From an uncultured virus (IMG/VR IMGVR_UViG_3300029922_000018) (taxonomy: Duplodnaviria > Heunggongvirae > Uroviricota > Caudoviricetes), in the IMG/VR virus record IMGVR_UViG_3300029922_000018: 64,000 nt of DNA. One strand, written 5' to 3'. Each line of letters begins with the position of its first letter. Position 1 is the first letter of the stretch. The position numbers were made by a program, and so were the translations under genes. The notes beneath the pieces are model-generated. The model ran no database searches. It was not told where the DNA came from and saw only the letters and a list, made by a program, of their open reading frames with translations. This document shows positions 11,052 to 22,144 of this stretch, piece after piece.

Positions 11052-11663
11052 ATTGTATAATTTCTTTCTTCGAGTATATAGGAAAGTGTCCAGTCCCAGA
11101 ATTAGAATATAAATGGAAGATAATTTAACCCTTGACTTAATTTCTATTTCCGGTATACTTCGTTTATGATGATTGTAATAGACTACGAAGAGTTTGAACC
11201 AGAAACATATAAAGGTGTATATGTTCATGGGGTTAATAAAATTAAATCTTATACCGGAAATCCAATTAAAGATATGGAAATTGTGCTGGATAAATACTCA
11301 AATCACTATCCAAACGAGTCAGTATTCTTTTCATCTAAAGTTGATAATTTTTTGTCAGACAGTAAAAAATATACTTATAAACGAGACGTGGATGGGAATG
11401 TCATCGGACTTGAATAATATGAAAATTACCGTTACAAGAACATTTGAGCCTATTCCTCCAATTACAAAAACGATTGATGATTGCCATGATTGTCCTTGGT
11501 TTGGCGAGTCTAACGAAGGAAATTACACGTTAGAACTGTGCAATCACCCAAAATTTACGGCTGGTAAACCAGAAGATGGTTCTTATGATAAAGTAATTCC
11601 TGATATTACCCAACGATGGAAAACAAAAACACCTAAAATCTCCAGTCGCTGTCCTCTAACTAA

Positions 11664-12164
11664 ATGATATATTATATCATATTATTAGTAATAATGACAA
11701 CATCAGTTATTGGTGGTGAAATTACTATGGGATGGAATGTTAGTTCCGATGCCTCGGTTACAAGTTACAATATATATTATGGGACATCCAGTGGAAATTA
11801 TACTAATAAAATTTCAGTTGGCAATGTAACACACACTACAATAGATAATTTAAATCCCGATATATTATATTATTTCGTGACTACATCAGTAGCCATCGGC
11901 GGAGTTGAAAGTGAATTTAGCAATGAAACATCTGGATATCCATACGAATTAAAAGTGACGGGTATAAAAAATATTAATGGTTATATGAATATTTCGTTTA
12001 ATAGTCTAGCAAATAATTTCTATACCATAGAAGCATCCACAAATTTAACAACTTGGGGTTCTATTTATACCACCGAAATTCAAACTGATAAATCTACGAT
12101 TAATTTTATCGATACCAACTCTATCAATTACCCCCAACGATTTTATCGAATTAAAGTCGACTAA
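11664..12164 (+). CDS. Secreted fibronectin type III domain protein
   Basis: Signal peptide; W...YNIYYGTSSGNYT...NL.P...YYF...ES.FSNE; C-terminal ASTNL..W...DTN...QRFYRI. Confidence 0.8.
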   Translation: MIYYIILLVIMTTSVIGGEITMGWNVSSDASVTSYNIYYGTSSGNYTNKISVGNVTHTTIDNLNPDILYYFVTTSVAIGGVESEFSNETSGYPYELKVTGIKNINGYMNISFNSLANNFYTIEASTNLTTWGSIYTTEIQTDKSTINFIDTNSINYPQRFYRIKVD

Positions 12165-12236
12165 ATATTACTTGACTTTTAACTGAAAACCAATATACTC
12201 TTAAATGTAACAATTAAACAAACAAAAAAACTAATT

Positions 12237-12842
12237 ATGTGTGATAAAAACTCAAATCTAAACAAGGCGATTTTGGCTCAAGTCCAAACATTTGCCACTA
12301 ACAATACAAATTTTTCGGTGCATGATATCGCCGTGGCACTTAGAAAATCAGCAAATGCTGGTAATCTCAATTTGCCGGAATTTGAAACTCCGAGCGGGCA
12401 ATATAAATATGAAATTCCCCATTCTTCGGTGAAAGACGCATTTTCCGAATTGCTTTCCGATGGTATCTTTACCGAGATTAATCTCCAGCTTAACCGCAAC
12501 TACAACGGAGTTTATTTTGAATATACCGCCGTCCCCACGGTTGCTGTTGCTGCACCGGCAATCGCTGCTTCCGCTGCTGTCGTTGGAGTTCCTCCGTCAA
12601 ATGGGTGGACTTTAGCGGGAACCCCCCGTCTTGATGCCAAGTCGGTGGCAACTAGAATTGATACATATCTCCAGAATCATATTGGGCTTACGGTGACAAT
12701 TGAAAATATCCGTGCTGCCATTAAATGTAATGGTTGGACGTGTTCTGAAATTCAAGACATTGCTAAAACGTTTGTGACCGTAAACGTCGACTCCGAGTAT
12801 CCATCGAAAAGCACTGTTCAACTCTATAATACTTTTAGATAA
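12237..12842 (+). CDS. Hypothetical protein (two domains joined by an Ala-rich linker)
   Basis: 201 aa ORF after TTGACT..TATACT promoter. Confidence 0.6.
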   Translation: MCDKNSNLNKAILAQVQTFATNNTNFSVHDIAVALRKSANAGNLNLPEFETPSGQYKYEIPHSSVKDAFSELLSDGIFTEINLQLNRNYNGVYFEYTAVPTVAVAAPAIAASAAVVGVPPSNGWTLAGTPRLDAKSVATRIDTYLQNHIGLTVTIENIRAAIKCNGWTCSEIQDIAKTFVTVNVDSEYPSKSTVQLYNTFR

Positions 12843-13087
12843 AGCCTTCCTTCAAGGAATACCAGATGAAATCCAAAGAGCCTTAATCTTATTATATGAA
12901 AAAAATATGAAATCCCACGCATTGAAGGATGTAAGCGTCAATGTTCCGGCAGAATATTTAGAGCATTTCATAAAGATTGTTGAGGTTGGGTTAGAACGAG
13001 TGAAACTCAAATCCGGCGACAGGAAATCATTGAAAGAGTGGTGGGAAGTTGAGCGGTGTTATCTGAGACCCCAATAAATACTAAAAT

Positions 13088-13112
13088 GAGCCTTGAAAAA
13101 GGCTCTTTTTTT
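13088..13112. terminator. Rho-independent terminator between convergent genes
   Basis: GAGCCTT-GAAA-AAGGCTC followed by T-run. Confidence 0.8.
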
Positions 13113-13845
13113 ATTTTAATCTCTTAGTCTTTCGACCTTCCCAATTCTGTCCTACATGAGTTGGTTCAGTTAAAAGATGATATGCGACAATAGATGGTAA
13201 GTGTCTCCTATTTTCTTTTGGCCATAATGCACTAAACATTAAATCGTCATGGCTCGCATCTCCAAGTGAGAATGGATATGGTTTCTGACAACTTGAATGA
13301 TACAACTGAAAAAATCCAAGTGGAAGATAACCATCATATTCATCAAGCCAGCGATGGTCAACGTTTCCAACTTCTAATTTTCTATGTTTATGCTGAGTAT
13401 TTGACGTTAATTTATCCAATCCATCGCTTCCGATTACGTTTACTCTATCAATTCCATATAGGCAATTTCTATCTAAATGGGAATGATTAAACAATATCCG
13501 TCTAAAATTATCGGGCAACACAATATCACTATCCATATGTAATCTCCAACCATGCCATTGAAAATAATTAAATCCAGCATTTATTGCAGCTCCCTTATTA
13601 AATTTTCTATTATTCTTTTTAAATAGGTCAGTTTGGACACAGGTGGCCCCATACTTCCTACAAACCGCATGGGTCTTCGCATCTTCATGTGACGTAACTA
13701 CTATATAAGTGTCGGCATGATTGTGATTATTCTCTAACGTAACATCTAGGATATCATCAAATCCTACACAGGTGGTTACTATTTCTAATTTATTGGACTC
13801 TAAATCATATAGACTTGAGGCTGGAGATTGATTGTTTTGGCTCAT
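13111..13845 (-). CDS. GT-A fold glycosyltransferase
   Basis: FNKGAAINAG, HMDSD (DxD), LGFFQLYH. Confidence 0.75.
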   Translation of the reverse strand: MSQNNQSPASSLYDLESNKLEIVTTCVGFDDILDVTLENNHNHADTYIVVTSHEDAKTHAVCRKYGATCVQTDLFKKNNRKFNKGAAINAGFNYFQWHGWRLHMDSDIVLPDNFRRILFNHSHLDRNCLYGIDRVNVIGSDGLDKLTSNTQHKHRKLEVGNVDHRWLDEYDGYLPLGFFQLYHSSCQKPYPFSLGDASHDDLMFSALWPKENRRHLPSIVAYHLLTEPTHVGQNWEGRKTKRLK

Positions 13846-13939
13846 ATTGGTATAACTAAGTTATTGTTTCATCTATAAATATATTCTATAAACCAAAAAA
13901 AACAATTTTTATGTTACATTTTATGATATTTATATCTAT

Positions 13940-14662
13940 ATGATTAACGAAGGTGCTATATTAATTGATGCCGAGGATAAGAAAGAGATTTCTAATTATC
14001 TTAATGCCATGAATAAATATGCAAAAAGCTTATTTGCCCAGACTAATAGCGAAGGACATTCAATATCAGGATTCGTTGATAGTGAGAAACTAGTTGACTT
14101 ATTACAAGCTAAATCATTAGATTTAGTTGATAACTTTAATTTTAGAGTGTTATATTACTTCACGCCCAAATCAGCAATCAAAGGAAGATATGATAAAGAT
14201 AACAATTGTATTATGATAAATTTGGCTCTTCATTCTCAATTTGCTATTTGGAGAAGTGGATTTGATAGGATATTTAAAGTGAGTAGTATAGATTTTAAAT
14301 CACTTGGAATTACTTTTCTTCATGAATTTATACATTATATTCAAGTTGCATTGCGGAAAGAAAAAACCGGCGATTTTGAGTTGCCTAATAATTGGTCGGA
14401 TAAAGATAAATATATGAAACGACCATGGGAACAACAAGCCCACGCTATCGCATACTTGGAAAGATTGCGACAGGACTTAAAAATTAAAAGTCCACACGCT
14501 ATGTTATCCCAATTAAGAAAACTTGGAGTAATTCACCAAGAAGATTTACATGACTTAAAACAAAAGGATTTTAAATCATGGAAAGCAGTAATGAAAAACG
14601 CTATTATGGCAGCAGTTGCCGATGTAGAAGAAGGTAAACCTTTACCTTGGCAAACTATTTAA
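13940..14662 (+). CDS. Zincin-like metallopeptidase domain protein
   Basis: FLHEFIHYIQ and Y...PWE..A; TATTTATA at 13927-13934. Confidence 0.65.
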   Translation: MINEGAILIDAEDKKEISNYLNAMNKYAKSLFAQTNSEGHSISGFVDSEKLVDLLQAKSLDLVDNFNFRVLYYFTPKSAIKGRYDKDNNCIMINLALHSQFAIWRSGFDRIFKVSSIDFKSLGITFLHEFIHYIQVALRKEKTGDFELPNNWSDKDKYMKRPWEQQAHAIAYLERLRQDLKIKSPHAMLSQLRKLGVIHQEDLHDLKQKDFKSWKAVMKNAIMAAVADVEEGKPLPWQTI

Positions 14663-15171
14663 TAGTAAAAAATTTAGCAAACTCAGCATTATCTACTTCT
14701 ATTTCCTTCGACGTTATTTTATGGGATAGAGCATATCTAATCTTTCAAAGACCCGCCGACAATCTCCATCGGTATTAATAAATTCTAATGCCCAATCCCC
14801 CGAATGGTCTTTCGACAAATCCGGATACATTTTCCTTAAGGTTAGTGCCATTTTATCTATAATTGGGTCTAATTGAAATTTTTGGATTGTTAGATACGAT
14901 GCCACATTCGATATAATCGTCTCTTTATCTAAATTATCGATTATTCTTTGAGGGCGAGTTATCACAACACCATCGAAAGTTAAAATCTCACTGGCGATAT
15001 CTAAATCCGAGATGTAAATTCCTTGTCCCGTCTGCCTAGATTTTACGATAATATTATTCTCGATTACTAAATCAGAATTTAACAGCAATTTTCGGTCATT
15101 TAGATTTTTAATGTTGATATTATTTCCGTTTATAACGGCGTTGTTTATAAAATACAGTATAGTTTTAGTTA

Positions 15172-15558
15172 TCATATTAATTCTTTATTTTCAAATATAT
15201 TACCAATTACTTCGAGGGTTTCTTTTCTAAAATTATTATCATTCGTGGCAAATGACATTTCTCTATCAAAATAGAATATACCACCTTCAAAGTATACTTC
15301 TCCGGTAGTTTCTTCGATATCATGGTCATGCCGTTCCCATTGATATCTAACAATATCGCCTTCATAGATATCTTTGCCAGTTTTATCTACTAAACCAGTC
15401 CATTCTGATATTTTAATATCGTCCCACTCCTCTAATCTATATTGTTCAAGTAAATCAAAGGCTGATACTTCTCCCATGACATGAAATCCAATAAATGGAA
15501 ATTTCTTGTTTTTACTATCCCATGCTCTGAATTTTGGATTTCTCATGTTAATCTCCAT
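15172..15558 (-). CDS. YopX family protein
   Basis: KFRAWD...TGLVDKTGKDIYEGDIV...EVIGNIFEN. Confidence 0.88.
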   Translation of the reverse strand: MEINMRNPKFRAWDSKNKKFPFIGFHVMGEVSAFDLLEQYRLEEWDDIKISEWTGLVDKTGKDIYEGDIVRYQWERHDHDIEETTGEVYFEGGIFYFDREMSFATNDNNFRKETLEVIGNIFENKELI

Positions 15559-16442
15559 CTATTTGTTTTGGCAATGGCTTTGCAAAAAATCCCAAACATC
15601 TACCATCCGATGACATTTTACAAATGCTTGGGGTGGCACATTTCTTATCTTTATTAGAAATACACCCAATAGCCAGACAATCAATGTCAAGATAATCTCT
15701 ACTTAACCATGGATGATGTTCACTTCCATGTCCTACTCTTGGCATTAATCCGTCAACTTTCATAATTATTTTTGATTAATAGAAGGATTCCCGATTCTCC
15801 ACCTTCATTCCTCGTTATTTGCGCCACGATATATGCAAATTTCTTAGGGCTAACTCAACAAGTATATTAATTTATCGTATCTAAATCCTTGGACTGGTTA
15901 GGCCAAGTTCATTACATGATATTAATCAAAAACTATGTTAAAATAATTTACCGTTAATTGGAATAGTTTGGACCGACTCCTTCGTGCGAATTTTTATTCC
16001 ATGTTCCTTCAACGACTTGGGCTTAATTAGTTGAAATAGTTCCCCAAGATTAGTAATCTTATTTTTCTTTTTTTTGGTAAACTCATTTTGGGATTTTGCA
16101 GCATCCCGCAAACGCTGCAATACGGTTTCGGATGGAGTTCCTTCTTTATAGGTCACGCACCACCCTTCAAATTCATCTTTAATCTTGCCTTCCGGATCAT
16201 TGATAAAAATTAATGAATTATAAAGGAGTTTTGGCAACTTATTTGCCTCTTTCTCTTCCTGTTCTTCGAGAGCAGCCTGTTGCAAATCCTTAATGATTTC
16301 AACAATCTTGGGCTGTTCGACTTTTCGCTCGGATAATGTTTGTTCGATTTGTTCAATAGAAAACTTCATATTTTATTTTATTTTTTGTTGTTATTTAACT
16401 GTTTTTAATGTTACCAGATTTTTTGTTATAAGTCAAGGTATA

Positions 16443-16928
16443 TTATTCCAGTTCCGTAAAATTTGTAATATCCATTAAGTAATTTTTAATATTTTGCTTT
16501 TCTTTCTTAGTTAATTCCCGCCATTTAATTTTATGTCTCTTAAAGAATTTTTTAAACTTATTGCAGCGATGATATTCTTTAAGAAAGACTACCCGTTTAA
16601 CTTTTAAAGCCGAAAGGATGCTACAACACGATATACATGGCGATAAATTTGCACATACCAAATCACACTCACCTACCTTCAATAGAGCCGATAAATTAAC
16701 CACATCATGAATAAAACATTCTCCCTTTTCAACTCTATTTTCTTCTAGAGTCATCCACTTTTCTACTTTCTGACCACTAGGAAGTCCATTATATGATATT
16801 CCCAAAACTCGTTTATCTCTTGATATGGCAACGGCACTTACTTTAGTGTGGGGGTCTTCACTTCTACCCTTACCTATCAAGGATAACATACATCCATATT
16901 CTTCAATAGTTAGCCGATGCTTACTCAT
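16443..16928 (-). CDS. dCMP deaminase-like protein (atypical active site)
   Basis: RSEDPHTKV, YNGLPSG, PCISC; HDV where HAE is expected. Confidence 0.75.
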   Translation of the reverse strand: MSKHRLTIEEYGCMLSLIGKGRSEDPHTKVSAVAISRDKRVLGISYNGLPSGQKVEKWMTLEENRVEKGECFIHDVVNLSALLKVGECDLVCANLSPCISCCSILSALKVKRVVFLKEYHRCNKFKKFFKRHKIKWRELTKKEKQNIKNYLMDITNFTELE

Positions 16929-17215
16929 TTATAGTTATAATACGAACCAAAGTCATCGACCGATATACTCTTAGAAAATAATCCCAAATCATATAGAGAT
17001 TTTAACGAAATCCTCTTAGAGCCAAATAAGAAACTACTACATTTAAATACAAACCAATTGCTTTCTCGTAACGCAATTTTTGTTTCCTTGGCGATACTCA
17101 CGGCATCCTTTAAGGAGTCAAACTTCATTGTTAGAATATCTATATCAATCCCACCATTGGGAACATATGATGGACTAGCATATAAAGCAGGATACATTTT
17201 ATAATACATATTATT

Positions 17216-17863
17216 TTAGGTCCACAACGTATTACGCCATTTGATTAACCACATAAGATATTGACTGTCAGTATCATATAACAATTTCTCAAGCCGATTT
17301 AACTCACCATATTTCAATTCATAATCCAGTTTACATTCGGACTGAGATTTAGTGTTTAATTTAGTCATCCAACCAATTTCAAACGGAGGATAGGCATTCT
17401 CAATTTTTAATTGTAATTCTTTCCTACCCGTCTTTGCCCAATTATAAATTTCTTCAATTTTCTTTTTATATCTTTTTTCTTTAGGAGTTTCCCATTTAAT
17501 AGTTTCAAAACATTTTTCACCCTCAACATAATTAATGATGCCAGCGTAAAGAAGTTCGACATAACAATAATCTAAATCATGCCACCTATTATCTACTGCT
17601 TTTCTTATCCATTTCGTTTTAGGAGAGAAAAAACACTTAATACCATACCATTTATCATGCCGCCACCAAGGACATAGAAAATCATATGTATCTTGTAGTT
17701 TATGCCATACTTTTACAATTTCGCCACGAATATTAATCCTAAGAGTCGGTAAACTATCAGTATTGACAAGATATAAATTCTTATCAAGTTCCGCCTTATA
17801 ATCCACTGATAGTGATGCCGGTGTAATTATATTTCGAATATCACTCTTTAATTTTTTACTCAT
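17216..17863 (-). CDS. Hypothetical phage protein
   Basis: 215 aa ORF in tight operon. Confidence 0.6.
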   Translation of the reverse strand: MSKKLKSDIRNIITPASLSVDYKAELDKNLYLVNTDSLPTLRINIRGEIVKVWHKLQDTYDFLCPWWRHDKWYGIKCFFSPKTKWIRKAVDNRWHDLDYCYVELLYAGIINYVEGEKCFETIKWETPKEKRYKKKIEEIYNWAKTGRKELQLKIENAYPPFEIGWMTKLNTKSQSECKLDYELKYGELNRLEKLLYDTDSQYLMWLIKWRNTLWT

Positions 17864-18384
17864 AATTATTTAAATCTATTTAAAAGTTCCTGTTTAAGTT
17901 CTGCAAGTTTTCCATTATACATTCTATATCCATTAGAATTGCAACATGCATCTTGTTCAGCATATGCAATCCATCTGGCATATAAATCAAGCACTTGTTC
18001 ATTGCCCATGAACATAACAACCTTTTTAATTCCATTGTGCTGTATGGATTTTTCAAAAATCTTATTATCTCGTTCCTGTCTTTGCTTTTTTAATTTCTCA
18101 TCGGCCACATATTTCAATACTTCAAATGGCCATTCATACTTACCACATTTATGGGGAGCACCATTAGTATTTACCAATACCCACTTACCTACAATCTTTG
18201 ACCAAGATACGTTCGTAGTCTTACAACCACGGCATTGTGGTTGGCGAATAGCAGTAGGATATGAATAAAAATCATCCATATCATCAAACATATATTCTAA
18301 CGTCATGTCGGCTATGTCACCCATTTCAAAAGTTTATCAGAGAGACGATAAATTGTCAAATTATTATATTTTTCAAATAAAGAA

Positions 18385-18412
18385 TTGACAATCAATCTAA
18401 AATCGATATACT
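18385..18412 (+). promoter_or_regulatory. Sigma70-like promoter, one of a divergent pair
   Basis: TTGACA-16-TATACT-7-ATG(18420); opposite-strand TTGACA at ~18354-18359 serves 18324. Confidence 0.8.
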
Positions 18413-18643
18413 CCAAAACATGAAATTAACAGGACAACTATTAGAAAAGTATTTGGCAAGTCCAGTTGCTATGGATGAAGAAGTTCGGACAGCATTAAAA
18501 TTGCCCGATGATAAATATTATTCGGTTACGACTGAATGTGTAGCAAATCCAGACATGGTGGGAACTGTGTATGTGACTAAATTAAGCAGAGTTGTTACCA
18601 AAAAGAAAATCTCAAAATCAGACTTGAAAACATCTTGATGCTA

Positions 18644-19510
18644 TTAAATAAGCGTCCAATCTCCTACTTTCTTATATTTTTTATTTATTACTTGGTATAC
18701 GGATGTCCTGTTTAGGCCATATTTCATTATAAAGTGATGTTTAAATCCACTAAACATTTCTCCCGTCTTTGTATTAATGAATGAGTGTATGGTTTTATCT
18801 TTTGGTTGTTTTAATTTCTGGCGAGTAGTGTAAGATATCTCCGGTCTATTTTTTGCCGATTGACTCATTTTTAATCTAGTTCGACTTGAATAAAAGCGTC
18901 CGACACTTTTTAATCCTATTCGAATTTTTGTTATTTCGCTATGCTTCCGTATTGGTCTATTTTTTGCTGACTTTTTCATTTTTGCTATTGTTTCTGGCGA
19001 ATGTCTCCGACCAGCATATCCCGGATTACCTCTTGCTATAAACGCAATATTATATACCATATCTCTTTCTGACTTGGCAATATCTAAAAATCGCTGTTCG
19101 ATTAACAATAGCGTTTTATTATTGGGAATGCTATATTCGACGATTACAAAACGAAATATATCTGGATTATATTTTCTCCATACATTTTGTAGATGTTTAT
19201 TATGATGTGTCCCTTTATTAAGTTTCCATACGTGTCTATACCAACGTTGCCTAACATTTTTAGCACTTCCAACATAATATTTACCATTAAGTTTATTTAT
19301 TATCTTATATATTCCGCTTATTTTTTGATTTATAATATTTTTCCATTCTGATAATGGATATTCTTTCCCTATTATTATAGTAGTATCGTTTGCCTCTGGC
19401 ACGTTGTTGTTCAAGCAACTCTTCTCTAGTTCGGTTGAGTTTTTTTCTTCCCATAATATAACATCTTTCTCTTGACTTTGGTGGTTGGTTAATGTATCAT
19501 TCATACACAC
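18644..19510 (-). CDS. GIY-YIG homing endonuclease with NUMOD3 repeats
   Basis: SGIYKIINKLNGKYYVGS, R.R, H.NKHLQ..W.KY, EQ..LD, YN; HSPETIAKM repeats. Confidence 0.9.
   Translation of the reverse strand: MCMNDTLTNHQSQEKDVILWEEKNSTELEKSCLNNNVPEANDTTIIIGKEYPLSEWKNIINQKISGIYKIINKLNGKYYVGSAKNVRQRWYRHVWKLNKGTHHNKHLQNVWRKYNPDIFRFVIVEYSIPNNKTLLLIEQRFLDIAKSERDMVYNIAFIARGNPGYAGRRHSPETIAKMKKSAKNRPIRKHSEITKIRIGLKSVGRFYSSRTRLKMSQSAKNRPEISYTTRQKLKQPKDKTIHSFINTKTGEMFSGFKHHFIMKYGLNRTSVYQVINKKYKKVGDWTLI
19305..19454 (-). CDS. Overlapping MGRKK-family basic peptide, copy 1 (49 aa)
   Basis: Hand translation MGRKKLNRTREELLEQQRARGKRYYYNNRERISIIRMEKYYKSKNKRNI*. Confidence 0.7.
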   Translation of the reverse strand: MGRKKLNRTREELLEQQRARGKRYYYNNRERISIIRMEKYYKSKNKRNI

Positions 19511-19562
19511 ATAAATATATCGTCAAAACAAAAAGAGTCAAACAAAGTGAAATTATTTTTAG

Positions 19563-19590
19563 TTGACATTTAAATTAACTTTGATATACT
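19563..19590 (+). promoter_or_regulatory. Sigma70-like promoter
   Basis: TTGACA-16-TATACT-10-ATG(19601). Confidence 0.8.
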
Positions 19591-19600
19591 ACCAAAAATT

Positions 19601-20632
19601 ATGAGTAAACTAATTAAATTCGCAGACGTGGAACAATTTAGGAACGTTCTACGAAACATCCAGCATAAAGCACAATTTGTCGGAGTTGATAGTAATGGAG
19701 ACCCCATTATGAACCGTTTAGCAACACTCCCGAAAGTAAAATATGAAGGAACCGTGAAAATTCATGGCTCAAATATGTCTATTCGTATCGAAGGTGATAA
19801 AATCACATGTCAATCACGTAACAATGAAATTGATATTGTTAATGATTGTTATGGATTTGCTAAATTTATTGCGGCACTTCCAATCGAAGCAATTAACTAT
19901 CTCAAATCTTTGTTCGGTGATAATGTCGTCATTTTTGGCGAAGAATTTGGAAAAGGAATTCAAGATACCGTTGGGGTTTCTCAATTAGATAAGAAATGGG
20001 CAATCTTTCGTGTCCAGACAATTTCTGATGATGAAGGGACATCTAAATGGATTACGTTAACGGATAAAGACTTAACTCCACTTAATAAATATAATATTTA
20101 TTCTATTCGTCAATTCGGGGTTAAAGAAATTGAGATTGATTTCGAGCATCCTGCCGATGATATTAATAAAATGAATGAATGGGTCATGGAAGTTGAGAAT
20201 GAATGTCCGGTTGCCAAGTGGTTTGGTATTTCTGGCATTGGAGAAGGACTTGTTTTTTCAAGTGTTGAGGATGAATATAAATCATCTAAATACGTTTACA
20301 AATGCAAGGGAGCGGCTCATAGTAAAAGTAAAGTTACTAAACTAGCCACCATTGATACCGTAAAATTAAAATCTATTGATGATTTTGTGGAACGATATGT
20401 TGATGAAGGTCGCTGTCAGCAAGCATATGATTATTTATTAACCCTAAACAAGCCAATAGACGAAAAATTGATGGGCGATTATTTGAGGTGGTTAGTTAAT
20501 GATATTAATAAAGAAGAATCAGACACCATTGCTGCTAATGGATTAACCCCCAAAGACATTAATGGTGCAATTTCCAAGCAAGCCAGAAAATGGTATTTTG
20601 GAAAATTAAATAAGAACGTTGGATTGGAATAA
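19601..20632 (+). CDS. RNA ligase (Rnl2-like nucleotidyltransferase)
   Basis: Motif I KIHGSN, QSRN, FGE, GEGLVF, YKCK. Confidence 0.85.
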   Translation: MSKLIKFADVEQFRNVLRNIQHKAQFVGVDSNGDPIMNRLATLPKVKYEGTVKIHGSNMSIRIEGDKITCQSRNNEIDIVNDCYGFAKFIAALPIEAINYLKSLFGDNVVIFGEEFGKGIQDTVGVSQLDKKWAIFRVQTISDDEGTSKWITLTDKDLTPLNKYNIYSIRQFGVKEIEIDFEHPADDINKMNEWVMEVENECPVAKWFGISGIGEGLVFSSVEDEYKSSKYVYKCKGAAHSKSKVTKLATIDTVKLKSIDDFVERYVDEGRCQQAYDYLLTLNKPIDEKLMGDYLRWLVNDINKEESDTIAANGLTPKDINGAISKQARKWYFGKLNKNVGLE

Positions 20633-20737
20633 TTTCCATCCATATATAGATTTAAGTCTGCCGGTGAATAAAAACGTCAAACAAAATGAAATTATTTTTT
20701 AGTTGACAATTCTCCAATATCTGATATAATAGAGGTT

Positions 20738-20947
20738 ATGAATGATGAATGGAACAGATGTATAGTAAACAAACCAAACGAAAATGAACGTCTATTAATC
20801 TCGGATGGAGAGATTATGTGCGTGGCTCAATTTATCGATAATCATTGGATATTCGATAATCCTAATATGACAGATGTGGTTGTATTATACTGGAGAAAGT
20901 TGCCAAAATTCCCGCCGAAAATTGAAGTAATATCAGCAGAAAAATAA
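20738..20947 (+). CDS. DUF551-like small protein
   Basis: W..C...P...V.YWRKLP.FP. Confidence 0.55.
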   Translation: MNDEWNRCIVNKPNENERLLISDGEIMCVAQFIDNHWIFDNPNMTDVVVLYWRKLPKFPPKIEVISAEK

Positions 20948-21172
20948 TATGAGAAAAACAGAAGAAACCGAAGAGTATACCTTATCATTTAATAATGACC
21001 AGAAAACTAAGGATTTATTATATGATGCTATTATGGAATTCTTTGCAGAACATAACACCTATAGCGGAGAAGCAATTTGTCAAGATGATAATATCTCCTC
21101 GGAAGCACCTGAGTTATTAGCAAAAATTGCCGATAGAATTTTAAAATTTGAAGTAAACTATAAATAAAAAAT

Positions 21173-21613
21173 ATGAATACATTAAAAAATAAATACGTCC
21201 TAACCATCCACTCATTTGTGGATTTAATAACTAATAGTAGCACTGAAATTTATGTTGCTGCCGGTGATAAAACCGTAAAAGCCGTAAAAGAAATTATCAA
21301 TAATATTCTTGCCTTGGCAAAGAGTGATTTGACTTGTGACGACTTATTCACCGTTGAAATTGACTATCAAAAATATTATGATGATTATGGTGGCGAGGAT
21401 TATGAAGAGGAAGACGAATATACTGAAAATGATAAATCTAAAAAACTAACTCCTAAAGAATTCTTCAAAAAAAACGAAGAGAATGATTATGGACGGGGTG
21501 TTTCCTTATTGGTTAAATGCACCGACCCAACCAGTAAACTTGGAAAGCAAACTGCCGAGGTTTTATCAGATTTAACCGGATTATTTACCATCGAAGAAAG
21601 CAGTAACTATTAA
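21173..21613 (+). CDS. 'DLITNSSTE' motif protein, paralog 1
   Basis: IHSFVDLITNSSTEIYVAA; acidic centre. Confidence 0.7.
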   Translation: MNTLKNKYVLTIHSFVDLITNSSTEIYVAAGDKTVKAVKEIINNILALAKSDLTCDDLFTVEIDYQKYYDDYGGEDYEEEDEYTENDKSKKLTPKEFFKKNEENDYGRGVSLLVKCTDPTSKLGKQTAEVLSDLTGLFTIEESSNY

Positions 21614-21617
21614 AAAT

Positions 21618-22016
21618 ATGAAAAATATACTACAAGATTCTTATACAATTAAAATTCACAGTTTCGTCGACCTTATAACGAACAGCAGCACCGAGATTTA
21701 TGTCGCTGCCGATGAAAATACAGTTTCATCCGTTAAAGAAATTATCAATGGCATTCTTAAAGTTGGTGATAGTAAATATACCTGTGAGGATTTATTTACC
21801 GTTGAAATTGATTTGGAACATTTCAAGAATAATGATTATGGTGATAGTGGTAAATCATATGAGGAATGGGTAAAAGACCATGATTATGATGATTATCGTA
21901 GTATCCGCTTATTGGTGAAGTGTAAAGATATTAATAACCCAATCGGAGCAACAACTGCTAAACTATTATCCAGTTTAACGTCGTTGTTTAATATCGAGGC
22001 CAATCATGATGGATAA
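21618..22016 (+). CDS. 'DLITNSSTE' motif protein, paralog 2
   Basis: Identical IHSFVDLITNSSTEIYVAA block; colinear with paralog 1. Confidence 0.7.
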   Translation: MKNILQDSYTIKIHSFVDLITNSSTEIYVAADENTVSSVKEIINGILKVGDSKYTCEDLFTVEIDLEHFKNNDYGDSGKSYEEWVKDHDYDDYRSIRLLVKCKDINNPIGATTAKLLSSLTSLFNIEANHDG

Positions 22017-22144
22017 AGTCATAAAATTAATGATTGCTGCCATGTGGACGTGTATGAAATGTGGTAGAGAGTTGAAGAATGGAAAATGTCAATGGTGCAG
22101 ATAAAATTATTGACATCCAATAGATAATCAATATACTCATCCAT

